A program made the position numbers and the translations under genes. Of a stretch of 64,000 nt of DNA, positions 38,834-48,418 are shown in pieces. Below the pieces are notes generated by a model, which did not search any database, was not told where the DNA came from, and worked only from the letters and a program-made list of their open reading frames with translations. Source of the DNA: Candidatus Merdisoma merdipullorum (GTDB lineage: Bacteria; Bacillota; Clostridia; Lachnospirales; Lachnospiraceae); NCBI GenBank assembly GCA_018715645.1, contig DVLE01000082.1, positions 38,391 through 102,390 on the forward strand, given 5' to 3'. Numbering within the stretch: position 1 is the first letter of the stretch; every line of letters begins with the position of its first letter.

Positions 38834-39598
38834 ATGAACGAGTATGAAAAAATTCGTGACATCTTGGATAAGAGCAGCTATACGGTAGCTATGTGCGGCA
38901 CCGATATGATGAAGGAATCAGGGATGCCGAGCTTACGGGCTCCGGAGATCGCCTACCAGGTAGAAAAGGAGTACGGATATTCTCCAGAAGAGATTTTTTC
39001 TTCCGTCTTCTATACGAACCGTACGGAGACATTTTTTAATTACTACAGAAAGTATATGCTGATGCCGCCCCTGGAGCCCAGCGCCGGATTTTACGCCCTG
39101 GCTGAGCTTGAAAAACAGGGAAAGCTTCAGTGCAGCATTGCGAATAATGTACATAATCTTCCCGGACGGGCAGGCTGTAAGAAGATACTGAATCTTCACG
39201 GGACGATTTATGACAACGAATGCCCCCGCTGCGGAAAGAAATATTCGATGGAATATATGAGGGATTCCAAGAAGGTTCCTCTTTGTGAGTCCTGCATGGT
39301 CCCGGTCAGACCAAAGGTGCTGCTTTTCGGGGAGCAGGTAGACAATCAGATGATGACGGCGGCAGTGAGCGAGATTTCCAAGGCGCAGGTCCTGCTGCTT
39401 CTGGGAACTTCGATCAATTCCGGACTTTGCGACGGCTATGTGCAGTATTTTAAGGGAGATACGATGATCATCATCAACGCCCAGGATCATTATACGGATG
39501 AGAAGGCGGATATTGTACTCCGGGAAGAAGTAAAGTCGGCCCTGCCGAAGATCGTATGGCCGGACGGAAAAGCGGAGAAAAGGACAGAAAAAGACTGA
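38834..39598 (+). CDS. Sir2/CobB-fold protein with degenerate NAD-binding motifs
   Basis: Retains LHG, CPRC...CESC zinc site, RPxVLLFGE, GTS; GAG replaced by GTD and TQNID by ANNVH. Confidence 0.8.
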   Translation: MNEYEKIRDILDKSSYTVAMCGTDMMKESGMPSLRAPEIAYQVEKEYGYSPEEIFSSVFYTNRTETFFNYYRKYMLMPPLEPSAGFYALAELEKQGKLQCSIANNVHNLPGRAGCKKILNLHGTIYDNECPRCGKKYSMEYMRDSKKVPLCESCMVPVRPKVLLFGEQVDNQMMTAAVSEISKAQVLLLLGTSINSGLCDGYVQYFKGDTMIIINAQDHYTDEKADIVLREEVKSALPKIVWPDGKAEKRTEKD

Positions 39599-39618
39599 CA
39601 GGAAAGGATTACAGACGA

Positions 39619-40185
39619 ATGAAGCTGCTGGAAGAAAAGATACTTCAGGAAGGGGAAGTACTGGGAGAGGATATTTTAAAGGTAGATGGGTTTATCAATC
39701 ATCAGATAGACGTGGCTCTTATGGAAGAGCTTGGAAGAGATATGGCGGAGCATTTTCGGGGCCAGGGTGTGACTAAGGTGTTTACCATTGAGTCGTCGGG
39801 AATCGCTCCGGCGCTCTTTACGGCCAGAGAGCTGGGACTGCCCCTTGTGATTCTGAAAAAGCAGAACGCGAAAAATCTGGGAACCAAGGTATGGCAGACG
39901 GAGGTAGTGTCTTATACCAAAGATATTTCCTATCAGCTTACCCTTGCGAAAAACTATATCTCGGACTCGGATCATGTGCTGATTGTGGATGATTTTCTTG
40001 CGAACGGAGAGGCGGCCACAGGGGCGGTCCGTCTGATCCGAAAAGCGCATGCCACGGTTGCCGGCCTTGGCGTTCTGATCGAAAAGGCTTTCCAGCCGGG
40101 ACGAAAGAAGCTGGAAAGCCAGGGAATCCATGTGTATGCCCAGGCCAGTATCAAAGGCTTCCAAGGCGGAAAGGTGGTATTTTGA
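39619..40185 (+). CDS. xpt: Xanthine phosphoribosyltransferase
   Basis: ILKVDGFINHQID, TIESSGIAPA, LIVDDFLANG, IEKAFQPGR. Confidence 0.93.
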   Translation: MKLLEEKILQEGEVLGEDILKVDGFINHQIDVALMEELGRDMAEHFRGQGVTKVFTIESSGIAPALFTARELGLPLVILKKQNAKNLGTKVWQTEVVSYTKDISYQLTLAKNYISDSDHVLIVDDFLANGEAATGAVRLIRKAHATVAGLGVLIEKAFQPGRKKLESQGIHVYAQASIKGFQGGKVVF

Positions 40186-41105
40186 GCAGGAAGCAAAAGG
40201 GACAGGCATCCGGCGGCGGCGCGATGTTCTGGGAACTGGAAAAGAAGGACATTATCCGTCTTCTCACAGCCGTGGGCGGAATGCTTCTTTATTCTGTCGG
40301 AATTAATAATTTTATTGTGCCGGCCAATCTGTACAGCGGGGGCATGATGGGAATCAGTCAGATTCTTCGTACGCTGCTGATCCGCTATACAGATTTTCAT
40401 ATGGGAGGGACAGACATTGCCGGAATGATCAATTTCGTGTTAAATGTTCCTTTATTTTTTCTGGCCTATTATTCGATCAGCAAAGGTTTTTTCCTGAGGA
40501 CGATAGTCTGCGTTCTGAGTCAGACAGCCTTTCTGACGCTGATTCCCATCCCTTCGGTGCCGATAGTGGAGGACACGCTGACTGCCAGCCTGATCGGAGG
40601 AATTCTGACGGGCGCCGGTATAGGCTTTTCCCTGCACGGAGGAGGCAGCAGCGGAGGCGTGGACATCCTGGGAATCTTTTTTACGAAACGCTTTCAGGAT
40701 TTCAGTGTGGGCAGGCTGAATCTGAGCGTAAATATTGGAATATATCTGGTCTGCGCTCTGCTTTTTGATATTCAGGTCGTGATTTACTGCATTATCTACA
40801 GTTCTATCAACGCTCTGATTCTGGACCGTACGCATACCCAGAATATCAGTACGGAGGTCTTTATCTTCACAAAGGAGGATCCGCAGAAGGTTATGGACTA
40901 TATTCTGAAGAATCTGGTCCGCGGAGCGACCTATTGGGAGGCCAAAGGAGGTTATACGCAGGAAAAGACAAACATTGTGTTTACCGTGATCTCCAAGCAT
41001 GAGCTGACGGCTTTGAAGCGTCGGCTGAAGCAGATCGATCCGGCCGCCTTTCTTGTAAGTAAGGAAAATGTAGGAATAGAAGGCAAATACATGAAGCACC
41101 TATAG
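40182..41105 (+). CDS. YitT family membrane protein
   Basis: LYSGGMMGISQ, NFVLNVPL, GSSGGVDI, RGAT..AKGGYT, IDPAAF; start uncertain (TTG 40182 or ATG 40223). Confidence 0.88.
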   Translation: MSRKQKGQASGGGAMFWELEKKDIIRLLTAVGGMLLYSVGINNFIVPANLYSGGMMGISQILRTLLIRYTDFHMGGTDIAGMINFVLNVPLFFLAYYSISKGFFLRTIVCVLSQTAFLTLIPIPSVPIVEDTLTASLIGGILTGAGIGFSLHGGGSSGGVDILGIFFTKRFQDFSVGRLNLSVNIGIYLVCALLFDIQVVIYCIIYSSINALILDRTHTQNISTEVFIFTKEDPQKVMDYILKNLVRGATYWEAKGGYTQEKTNIVFTVISKHELTALKRRLKQIDPAAFLVSKENVGIEGKYMKHL

Positions 41106-41292
41106 AGTTTCAGCCGGTATCGGAACAATGGAGGCTTCGGTTTTTCTGGAATGTCTGAAGCAGGAAAAGCCGAAGCCTTTTTGCGTGAAAAATTTTGCAT
41201 ATTTTGAAGACAATCGGAAATCGCCTTCGTTATAGTAGATGAACAGGGAAAGATAAGAAGATATAGAAATAAGAGGAGGGGAGGCGGATGAG

Positions 41293-41808
41293 ATTAACAG
41301 GGATGAGAAGCTGGAAGAACTGATAGATCAGTATCAGAGTCTTGTGTTTTCTCTTTGCTACAAGATGACGGCGGATTATTTTGCGGCAGAGGATCTGGCT
41401 CAGGAGACATTTTTATCCGCTTATGAAAAGTATTCCTCTTTTGACGGACGTCATGAGAAGGCATGGATCTGTAAAATAGCCACGAACAAGTGCCTGGATT
41501 ATCTGAAGGCAGCCGGAAGGCGAAATGTTCCCACAGAGGACGAGTGGTTTTCCTGGCAGGAGGATACGAAGGAATCGCCGGAGGAGAGCTGTCTGGAACA
41601 GGAGGTCAGGGAGGAGCTGTACAAAGCCTGTAAGGATCTGAAACCGCCCTATGACGAGATTGCCCTGGACTACTATTATTATGAAATGGACGTGGGCGAG
41701 ATTGCCAAAAAGAGAGAACGCAATATCAAGACAGTTCAGACTCAGATTTACCGAGCGCGGGGCATGCTCCGCAAGAAATACAGGAAGAAGGAGGAAAGAA
41801 GCGCATGA
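41293..41808 (+). CDS. ECF (sigma-70 group 4) RNA polymerase sigma factor
   Basis: AEDLAQETFL, AWICKIATNKCLDYLK, TVQTQIYRARGML; homology extends upstream of the GTG at 41344 to an ATT at 41293. Confidence 0.88.
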   Translation: MNRDEKLEELIDQYQSLVFSLCYKMTADYFAAEDLAQETFLSAYEKYSSFDGRHEKAWICKIATNKCLDYLKAAGRRNVPTEDEWFSWQEDTKESPEESCLEQEVREELYKACKDLKPPYDEIALDYYYYEMDVGEIAKKRERNIKTVQTQIYRARGMLRKKYRKKEERSA

Positions 41809-42212
41809 GAATAGACAGGATGACAGAACAAGAGCTGAATGCCTACACGGAAGAGCTGATCCGTCAGGTGGAAGCGGAAGGATTGATTCCTGCCCCGGCT
41901 CACATGAAGCAGGAGATTTTAGGACGTTCTAAGAGCCTGGATTATCAAATTCGGGTACAGACGCGGCAGATTCCGAAGAAGCTTCAGTTCCTCTGCTACA
42001 GTCTGAAGGTAGGAGCGGCCGTGGCGCTGGCACTGTTCCTGGTGTTCATGGTTCCCCAAGAGATGCCGAAGCTGAACAGCGTATCTGCGGAAATCACAGT
42101 ACAGAGGGAAGAATCCCTTGGAAATAAGCTGAATCAGGGGATGCGGTCGATGAACCGGATGCTGAACAGCATGAATCTATACTTAAACGGAAATAATCAA
42201 ATGGAGGATTAA
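41805..42212 (+). CDS. Putative anti-sigma factor (single TM)
   Basis: ATGA overlap with the sigma gene; APAHMKQEIL..., YSLKVGAAVALALFLVF TM. Confidence 0.55.
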   Translation: MRIDRMTEQELNAYTEELIRQVEAEGLIPAPAHMKQEILGRSKSLDYQIRVQTRQIPKKLQFLCYSLKVGAAVALALFLVFMVPQEMPKLNSVSAEITVQREESLGNKLNQGMRSMNRMLNSMNLYLNGNNQMED

Positions 42213-42216
42213 AGAT

Positions 42217-42792
42217 ATGACAAAGAAAAAAAGCGGGTTCTGGACTTTCATTTTTTCCCTTCTGCCCGGAGCGGCAGAGATGTATATGGGGTTTATGAAG
42301 ATGGGCGTAAGCCTGATGGGGATGTTTTTTGCGCTCTTTATCATAGGAGGCTTTTTCGGGCAGAGTATTTTTGTTCTGGCGGATATTGTGGTATGGTTTT
42401 ATGCGTTTTTCCATGCGCACAATCTGCGGGCTATGGACGACGAGGAGTTCTATGCTTTGGAGGATGATTACCTGTTTCATCTTGATGGTTCCGGGAAGGA
42501 ATTCTGGAATAAAGCGGTGGCGTCCCGTTACCGGAAACTGGCTGCGGCCGTGCTGATTCTGGTGGGTATTTCGATTTTGTGGAATAATCTTCTGGATCTG
42601 CTGTGGTATATCCTGCCTGATTTCCTGGAGGATATTGTCTATACGATCAGCTATCGGATTCCGCAGACAGTGCTTGGCATTGCGATTATCGTGGCAGGCG
42701 TCTGGATGATTCGCGGAAAGAAAAAGGAGCTTCTTGACGGAGAGGAGAAGGAGGAGGAACATGGAGGAGAAACGGACGATACGAACGCATAG
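42217..42792 (+). CDS. Hypothetical multi-TM membrane protein
   Basis: GGAGG RBS; FSLLPGAAEMYMGFMKMG; about four TM segments. Confidence 0.75.
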   Translation: MTKKKSGFWTFIFSLLPGAAEMYMGFMKMGVSLMGMFFALFIIGGFFGQSIFVLADIVVWFYAFFHAHNLRAMDDEEFYALEDDYLFHLDGSGKEFWNKAVASRYRKLAAAVLILVGISILWNNLLDLLWYILPDFLEDIVYTISYRIPQTVLGIAIIVAGVWMIRGKKKELLDGEEKEEEHGGETDDTNA

Positions 42793-43084
42793 AGTAGGAA
42801 CCGTGACCTTTGGACTGGTTCTGATTGTCATGGGAGGCCTGTTTTTACTAAAAATGATTTTTCCGGTTTTGGATTATGAACTGATTTTTCGCCTCTGGCC
42901 TCTGATCTTTATTTCTTTGGGAATCGAGGTGCTTGTGAGCAGCCGCAGGGTGGAGGAACGGATGGTTTATGATGGAGCCGCTATCTTTCTTCTGATTCTG
43001 CTCGTAATTTTCGCAATGTGTATGGCGGGAATGGACTGGGTATTCACTCATGCAGGACAGACGGTCTGCGAAACGGCTTATTGA
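42761..43084 (+). CDS. Small 3-TM membrane protein (LiaF/DUF5668-like)
   Basis: RVGTVTFGLVLI, RLWPLIFISLGIEVL; GGAGG RBS before ATG 42761. Confidence 0.7.
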   Translation: MEEKRTIRTHRVGTVTFGLVLIVMGGLFLLKMIFPVLDYELIFRLWPLIFISLGIEVLVSSRRVEERMVYDGAAIFLLILLVIFAMCMAGMDWVFTHAGQTVCETAY

Positions 43085-43220
43085 GACGAAGAGTCTGTTT
43101 TGGCAAAGACGCGGGGGCTGCGTATACTATAAGGAAAGGGAGCGAAAGAAATGACCGCTCCTGTTCCCCCGCATATTCCGGAATATGTTTTTATAAGGAA
43201 AAAGCCTGCGGTCTGGAAAG

Positions 43221-43952
43221 TCAGACCGCGGGCTTTTTGCGCACAGCCACGTCCTGAAACTGAAAATGATCCGGACGATGGCGGGATTGGGTGTATTCAA
43301 ACTGAATGCCGTCGGCGTTGAAGGTCTGACTGGTGATGACGGCCATACAGTTGTAATCTTTCATATCCAGGTAGGTTTCGTCGATCTGCGTTACTCTTTC
43401 TACGGTCATAGTCCGCTTGCTGGTGGAGATGGTAAAGCCAAGAGTCTGCTCCAGGTATTCGTAGACGGAACGCTCAGCAATTTCCGGAGTCAGCCCCGGC
43501 ATCATTTCTTTGAGAAAATAATTATGGTCAAGGATCAGAGGGATGCCGTCCAGATACCTGAGGCGCTGCAGGTAATAAAGCTGAGAGCCGACAGGAAAGC
43601 CGGTTCTTCGGGATATTTTTTCTCCGGTTTCAAGCTCTGCAAACTGGAGCACCTTTGTCCTGGGCTTTTGCCGGTTACGGACGGCGGATTCCAGAAAGGA
43701 CTCGATCCCCCCTACGGTAAAGGAGGTCTGCTCTATGGGCTGAAAGATATTGCGGACGCCCTTGCCCTGCATAGGCTGGACATAGCCGTCGGAAGCCAGC
43801 TCCGCCAGGGCACGGCGCACGGTGTTTCTGGAGCAGTCGTATTCCTGTATGAGTACGTGCTCAGAGGGAAGCAGCTCCTGGTAGGAAAAAGCTTCCGTCT
43901 CGATTTTTTCTTTTAAGTCTCTGTAGATATAGTCGTATTTTGCTTTCGGCAT
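43221..43952 (-). CDS. treR: Trehalose operon repressor (GntR/UTRA)
   Basis: LLPSE...SRNTVRRAL...GKGV HTH; QFEYTQSRHRPDHF; divergent from treP-treC. Confidence 0.9.
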   Translation of the reverse strand: MPKAKYDYIYRDLKEKIETEAFSYQELLPSEHVLIQEYDCSRNTVRRALAELASDGYVQPMQGKGVRNIFQPIEQTSFTVGGIESFLESAVRNRQKPRTKVLQFAELETGEKISRRTGFPVGSQLYYLQRLRYLDGIPLILDHNYFLKEMMPGLTPEIAERSVYEYLEQTLGFTISTSKRTMTVERVTQIDETYLDMKDYNCMAVITSQTFNADGIQFEYTQSRHRPDHFQFQDVAVRKKPAV

Positions 43953-44006
43953 TCAGCTTTTCCTTCTTTCCTTTTGTAGATACCTCCATTATACAGGAAA
44001 TGCCGA

Positions 44007-44113
44007 ACATGTTCAAACAAATTTTCAAGAATTTTAACATGTTTAAACAAATTTGAAGAAAACCTCTTGACATGTTTAAACAAGAGTGCTATGCTTTAGT
44101 TGTTCAAACATGT
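44007..44113. promoter_or_regulatory. Four TreR operator sites overlapping the treP promoter
   Basis: ACATGTTYAAACAA at 44007, 44037, 44070 and an inverted variant at 44100-44113; TTGACA(44067)-17 bp-TATGCT(44090) with extended TG. Confidence 0.8.
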
Positions 44114-44185
44114 AACGGAAGCCAGGCATTCGGAAGGAGAGAGTTCCGAAATGGATTTGGCGGATGGTGGATAAACAAGGAGAGG

Positions 44186-46018
44186 AAGAAAGCGGATGAA
44201 AAGGCGATTGAGAACATTCCCAGCGTAAAGGGAACTTTTACGCAGGCAGGACAGTATCAGGTCATTATCGGAAACGACGTGGCTGTGTTTTACAATGAAT
44301 TTACGGCTTACGCCGGAATCGAGGGAGTCAGCAAGGATGCGGTAAAGGCCGCGGCAAAGTCGGGACAGAATCCGGCGCAGCGGATCATGGGCGCTCTGGG
44401 AGAGATTTTTGCCCCGCTGATCCCGGCTCTTATCTGCGGCGGTTTGATTCTGGGCTTCCGCAATGTTATCGGTGAAATTAATTTCTTTGCGGATGGGACC
44501 AAGAGCCTGGCGGATATTTCCCAGTTCTGGTCAGGTATGTATAATTTTCTCTGGCTTATCGGAGAAGCGGTATTCCATATGCTCCCGGTTGGTATCGTAT
44601 GGTCTATCACGAAGAAGATGGGGACCACGCAGATTCTCGGTATTATCCTCGGATTAACTCTTGTATCTCCCCAGCTTCTGAACGGATTTTCCGTGGCATC
44701 CACCCCGGCAGCCGACATTCCGATATGGGATTTCGGTTTTGCGCAGGTGCAGATGATCGGCTATCAGGGCCAGGTGATTTCAGCGATGCTGGCGGGCTTT
44801 GTGCTGGTATTTCTGGAGAAGTTCTTTAAAAAGCACTGCCCGGAAGTAGTCAGCATGATTGTTGTGCCGTTCTGCTCCCTGGTTCCGGCCGTGGTGATCG
44901 CACACACAGTGGTGGGCCCTATTGGCTGGAAGATTGGAGATGCTCTGGCAAATGTGGTGTACAACGGGCTGTTCTCAAGTTTTGGCTGGCTGTTTGCGGG
45001 AATCTTCGGACTTTTGTACGCGCCGCTTGTGATGACAGGACTTCATCATATGACGAATGCTATTGATTCCCAGCTTGTAAGTATGTATGAGGGTACGATT
45101 CTGTGGCCTATGATTGCGCTTTCCAATATCGCGCAGGGTTCCAGCGTGCTTGCCATGTCCCTGCTTCAGAAGAAAAATGAACGCGCGCAGCAGGTAAACG
45201 TGCCGGCCTGTATCTCCTGTTACCTGGGCGTCACGGAACCGGCTCTGTTTGGTGTAAACCTGAAATATGGCTTTCCGCTTGTCTGCGGTATGATTGGCTC
45301 ATGCATCGCCGCAATGGTTTCCGTAGGCTTTGGCGTAGAGGCTTTCAGTATCGGCGTAGGCGGTCTGCCGGGAATCCTGTCGATTAAGACAGAGTTTTAT
45401 CTGCCATTCCTGGCTGCCATGGCGATTGCAGTGATCGTACCTTTCATTTTGACCCTTCTTGTGGGCGGCAGGAAGCTGACCACAGAGGAAAAAGGAGTTC
45501 ACGCGGCCCCGGCTGATTTTCAGGCAGGAGAGACGGCCTCCTCTGAATCAGATGGAGAAAATGCCGGAGAAATCAAGGCTGTTTTGAGCGGCCACGTGAT
45601 CCCGATTGAGGAAGTGAATGACAATGTATTTTCCCAGAAGATCATGGGCGACGGCGTAGCTATAGAACCCAGTGACACGGTAGTAAAGGCTCCTGCGGAC
45701 GCTAAGGTGACGGTGGTTATGAAAGAGAGCGGCCATGCCTGCGGACTGACGCTGAAAAACGGACTGGAGCTTTTGATTCATGTAGGAATCGATACAGTAG
45801 ATATGGGAGGAGACGGCTTCCAGCTCTTTGTAGACGAGGGACAGGAAGTACGCTGCGGACAGCCGTTGATTCAGTTTGATCCGGATAAGATCAGGGCCGC
45901 CGGACATCCCCTTACGACCATGCTGATCGTAACAGGCGAAGGAGAGGCAAAGAACGTAACTATGCATACCGGCGCGGAGACAGAAGCAGGAAAGACCACG
46001 GTTATCACTTTTGAATAG
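44186..46018 (+). pseudogene. treP: PTS trehalose EIIBC-EIIA, lacking start codon and N-terminal EIIB active site
   Basis: After RBS AAGGAG(44177-44182) the frame begins mid-EIIB (KKADEKAIENIPSVKG..QYQVIIG); no HCxTRLR motif; EIIC (TGLHH, GVTEPALFG) and EIIA (DNVFSQK, LLIHVGIDTV) intact. Confidence 0.75.
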
Positions 46019-46045
46019 TCTGGAAGACGGAAAGGAAAAGAGCAG

Positions 46046-47725
46046 ATGGCACAGGATTTTAAGAAAAGCACAGTATATCAGATTTATCCCAAATCATTCT
46101 GCGACAGCAATGGAGATGGCCTCGGAGATCTGAAAGGTGTTACCGGAAAACTGGATTATCTTCAGAAACTGGGCGTAGATTATATCTGGCTGACACCGTT
46201 TTTCGTATCTCCTCAGAATGACAATGGGTATGATGTGGAGGATTATTACCATATTGATCCCAGATACGGTACCATGGAGGAGCTGGAGGAGCTGATCGCG
46301 GAAGCAAAAAAACGCGGCATTCGTCTGATGTTTGATATGGTGTTCAATCATGTGTCCAGCCATCATGAGTGGTTTAAAAAGGCGCTGGAGGGAGACCCCT
46401 ATTATAAAGATTTCTTCTTTTTCCGCAAGGGAAAGGAAAACGGAGAGCCTCCTACAAACTGGGAAAGCAAGTTCGGCGGAAACGCCTGGGAGTATGTGGA
46501 AAAGTTTGACGAGTATTATCTTCACCTCTTTCATGTAACCCAGCCGGATCTGAACTGGGACAATGAGAATGTGAGAAAAGAGCTTCAGAAAGTAATCAGA
46601 TTTTGGATGGAGAAGGGGGTGAAAGGCTTCCGCTTTGATGTGGTCAATTTGATCAGCAAGAGCTGTTTCGCGGATGACGAGACAGGCGATGGCAGGAAAT
46701 ACTATACGGATGGCCCTAAAGTTCACCAGTATCTCCACGAGTTGAATCAGGCCACCTTCGGTACGGATACGGAGATTATTACGGTGGGAGAGATGTCCAG
46801 CACCTCTATTGAGAACTGCTATTCTTATGCGGGAGCGGATACGCAGGAGCTTTCCATGGTGTTCAGCTTCCATCACCTGAAAGTGGATTTTATGGGAAAT
46901 GAGAAGTGGGTTCTGGTTCCGGCGGACTTTGGAAAGCTGAAGGATATTCTTTTTACCTGGCAGACGAAGATGGAGGAGCACGATGCATGGAATGCTGTGT
47001 TCTGGTGCAATCACGATCAGCCCCGCGTCGTGTCCCGTTTTGGAAACGAGGGAATGTTCTGGAGAGAGTCTGCGAAGATGCTGGGAACCGTGATCCACTG
47101 TATGCGCGGTACACCCTATATTTATCAGGGCGAAGAAATCGGAATGACCAATACGGATTTCACGGAGATTGGCCAGTTTAAGGATGTGGAAAGCCTGAAC
47201 CATTACCGGATTCTGCAGGATAAAGGGCTGTCGGCCTCCGACGCCCTGCGTATCGTTCAGATCCATTCCCGCGACAACGGCCGCACGCCCATGCAGTGGG
47301 ATGAGAGCAGATACGCGGGCTTCACCGATGAAACCTGCGCGCGGAAGCCCTGGATCGGCGTCAACTCCAACCATGTCAGGATCAACGCGGCTTCCCAGAT
47401 AAATGATGAGGATTCCATCTTCAGTCACTACCGTAAGCTGATAAAGCTGCGCAAGGATTTGGATGTGATCGCTTATGGCTCTTTTGTTCCTCTGGCCCGG
47501 AAACATCCTTCTGTACTGGCTTATAAACGGATCTATGGAAACCAGGAGCTGCTGGTGGTCAATAATTTTTATGGCAGAGAATGTGTCTGGAAATCCGGTA
47601 TGGATATGGGGGAATACCGCTGTATTTTAAGCAATTATGCAGATGAAAATCCGGCCGCAGAGGACGGCACATGGAGCTTAAGGCCTTACGAATCTATGGT
47701 GTGGTACCGCGGCGGGAGGGCATGA
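46046..47725 (+). CDS. treC: Trehalose-6-phosphate hydrolase (GH13)
   Basis: YQIYPKSF, SPQNDNGYD, GFRFDVVNLISK, VGEMSST, WCNHDQPR, SRDNGRTPMQW. Confidence 0.92.
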   Translation: MAQDFKKSTVYQIYPKSFCDSNGDGLGDLKGVTGKLDYLQKLGVDYIWLTPFFVSPQNDNGYDVEDYYHIDPRYGTMEELEELIAEAKKRGIRLMFDMVFNHVSSHHEWFKKALEGDPYYKDFFFFRKGKENGEPPTNWESKFGGNAWEYVEKFDEYYLHLFHVTQPDLNWDNENVRKELQKVIRFWMEKGVKGFRFDVVNLISKSCFADDETGDGRKYYTDGPKVHQYLHELNQATFGTDTEIITVGEMSSTSIENCYSYAGADTQELSMVFSFHHLKVDFMGNEKWVLVPADFGKLKDILFTWQTKMEEHDAWNAVFWCNHDQPRVVSRFGNEGMFWRESAKMLGTVIHCMRGTPYIYQGEEIGMTNTDFTEIGQFKDVESLNHYRILQDKGLSASDALRIVQIHSRDNGRTPMQWDESRYAGFTDETCARKPWIGVNSNHVRINAASQINDEDSIFSHYRKLIKLRKDLDVIAYGSFVPLARKHPSVLAYKRIYGNQELLVVNNFYGRECVWKSGMDMGEYRCILSNYADENPAAEDGTWSLRPYESMVWYRGGRA

Positions 47726-48260
47726 CAAAACGGGGTCTGTTCCACAGCGCCATGCCGCACAGAAACCAGACGAGGCTTCGGAATACGGAGGAGCCGAAAA
47801 GGCCACTCATATAGAAGAATACGAAGTTTTCGGATTGCAGCCGAATAAATTCAGGAAACAGGTTCCCAATGAGGGAGGAATCGACAGAGTTTCCCGCGCG
47901 TACCTGTATGAGGAAAGAAACGAAAAAGTGCATCATTTCTATACAGAAGGGAAGGACGCAGATAAAATAAAAAATAATTACAGCCAGCACAGGATAAAAG
48001 AGAAGGGCGGCCGCCCTGCCCGTCAGCGGCTTCAGCTTCATGAAGATTTTTAAAAGCTGCATCAGAAGCCAGCCCCCAAGAAGGAGAATTACAGGGAGCA
48101 GAAGAAGCTGTACGCAGTATTCAGGCTCATAAAGGAAATAATTCTTCAGAAGGTATTCCCGCCATTGGGACGTGAAGATACAAAAAGCTGTCAGGACGAT
48201 CAGGATGACGCCTGCAGGAATAAGCCGCCGTATGTTTTTTCCTATAGCCGCCATATACAT
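47694..48260 (-). CDS. Hypothetical membrane protein
   Basis: About four hydrophobic segments, GAGGAG RBS; convergent 32-bp overlap with treC. Confidence 0.6.
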   Translation of the reverse strand: MYMAAIGKNIRRLIPAGVILIVLTAFCIFTSQWREYLLKNYFLYEPEYCVQLLLLPVILLLGGWLLMQLLKIFMKLKPLTGRAAALLFYPVLAVIIFYFICVLPFCIEMMHFFVSFLIQVRAGNSVDSSLIGNLFPEFIRLQSENFVFFYMSGLFGSSVFRSLVWFLCGMALWNRPRFVMPSRRGTTP

Positions 48261-48418
48261 TCTCCTCTCTTTGTCAGGCTGAAATCTTCCTGCATACAGT
48301 GTACCGCAGGCAGGAAAAAATGTCACGCAAAGAATCTTTGCGGGGGTAACGAAGGATTGACATTCTGAAAAAGTAAGGGTACGATAAAAACTAATAGAAG
48401 GAACAGGGAGGAATCTAT

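Noticed and set aside
38834-39598. Sir2 gene as anti-phage defence (ThsA/DSR-like), and Uma2 as a restriction system
   Set aside because: CobB-sized zinc-binding sirtuin in housekeeping context; no TIR, helicase, methylase or mobile-element neighbours
44072-44185. ORF-track N-terminus of the PTS protein (MFKQECY...)
   Set aside because: The ATG is inside the -35/operator, upstream of the predicted TSS, and the peptide has no EIIB similarity
46094-47506. Long antisense ORFs (also 37387-38589, 18900-20054, 61238-62377, 11196-12179, 57637-58623)
   Set aside because: Each lies opposite a well-supported gene, has no RBS or recognisable motif, and is expected from codon bias in the real gene
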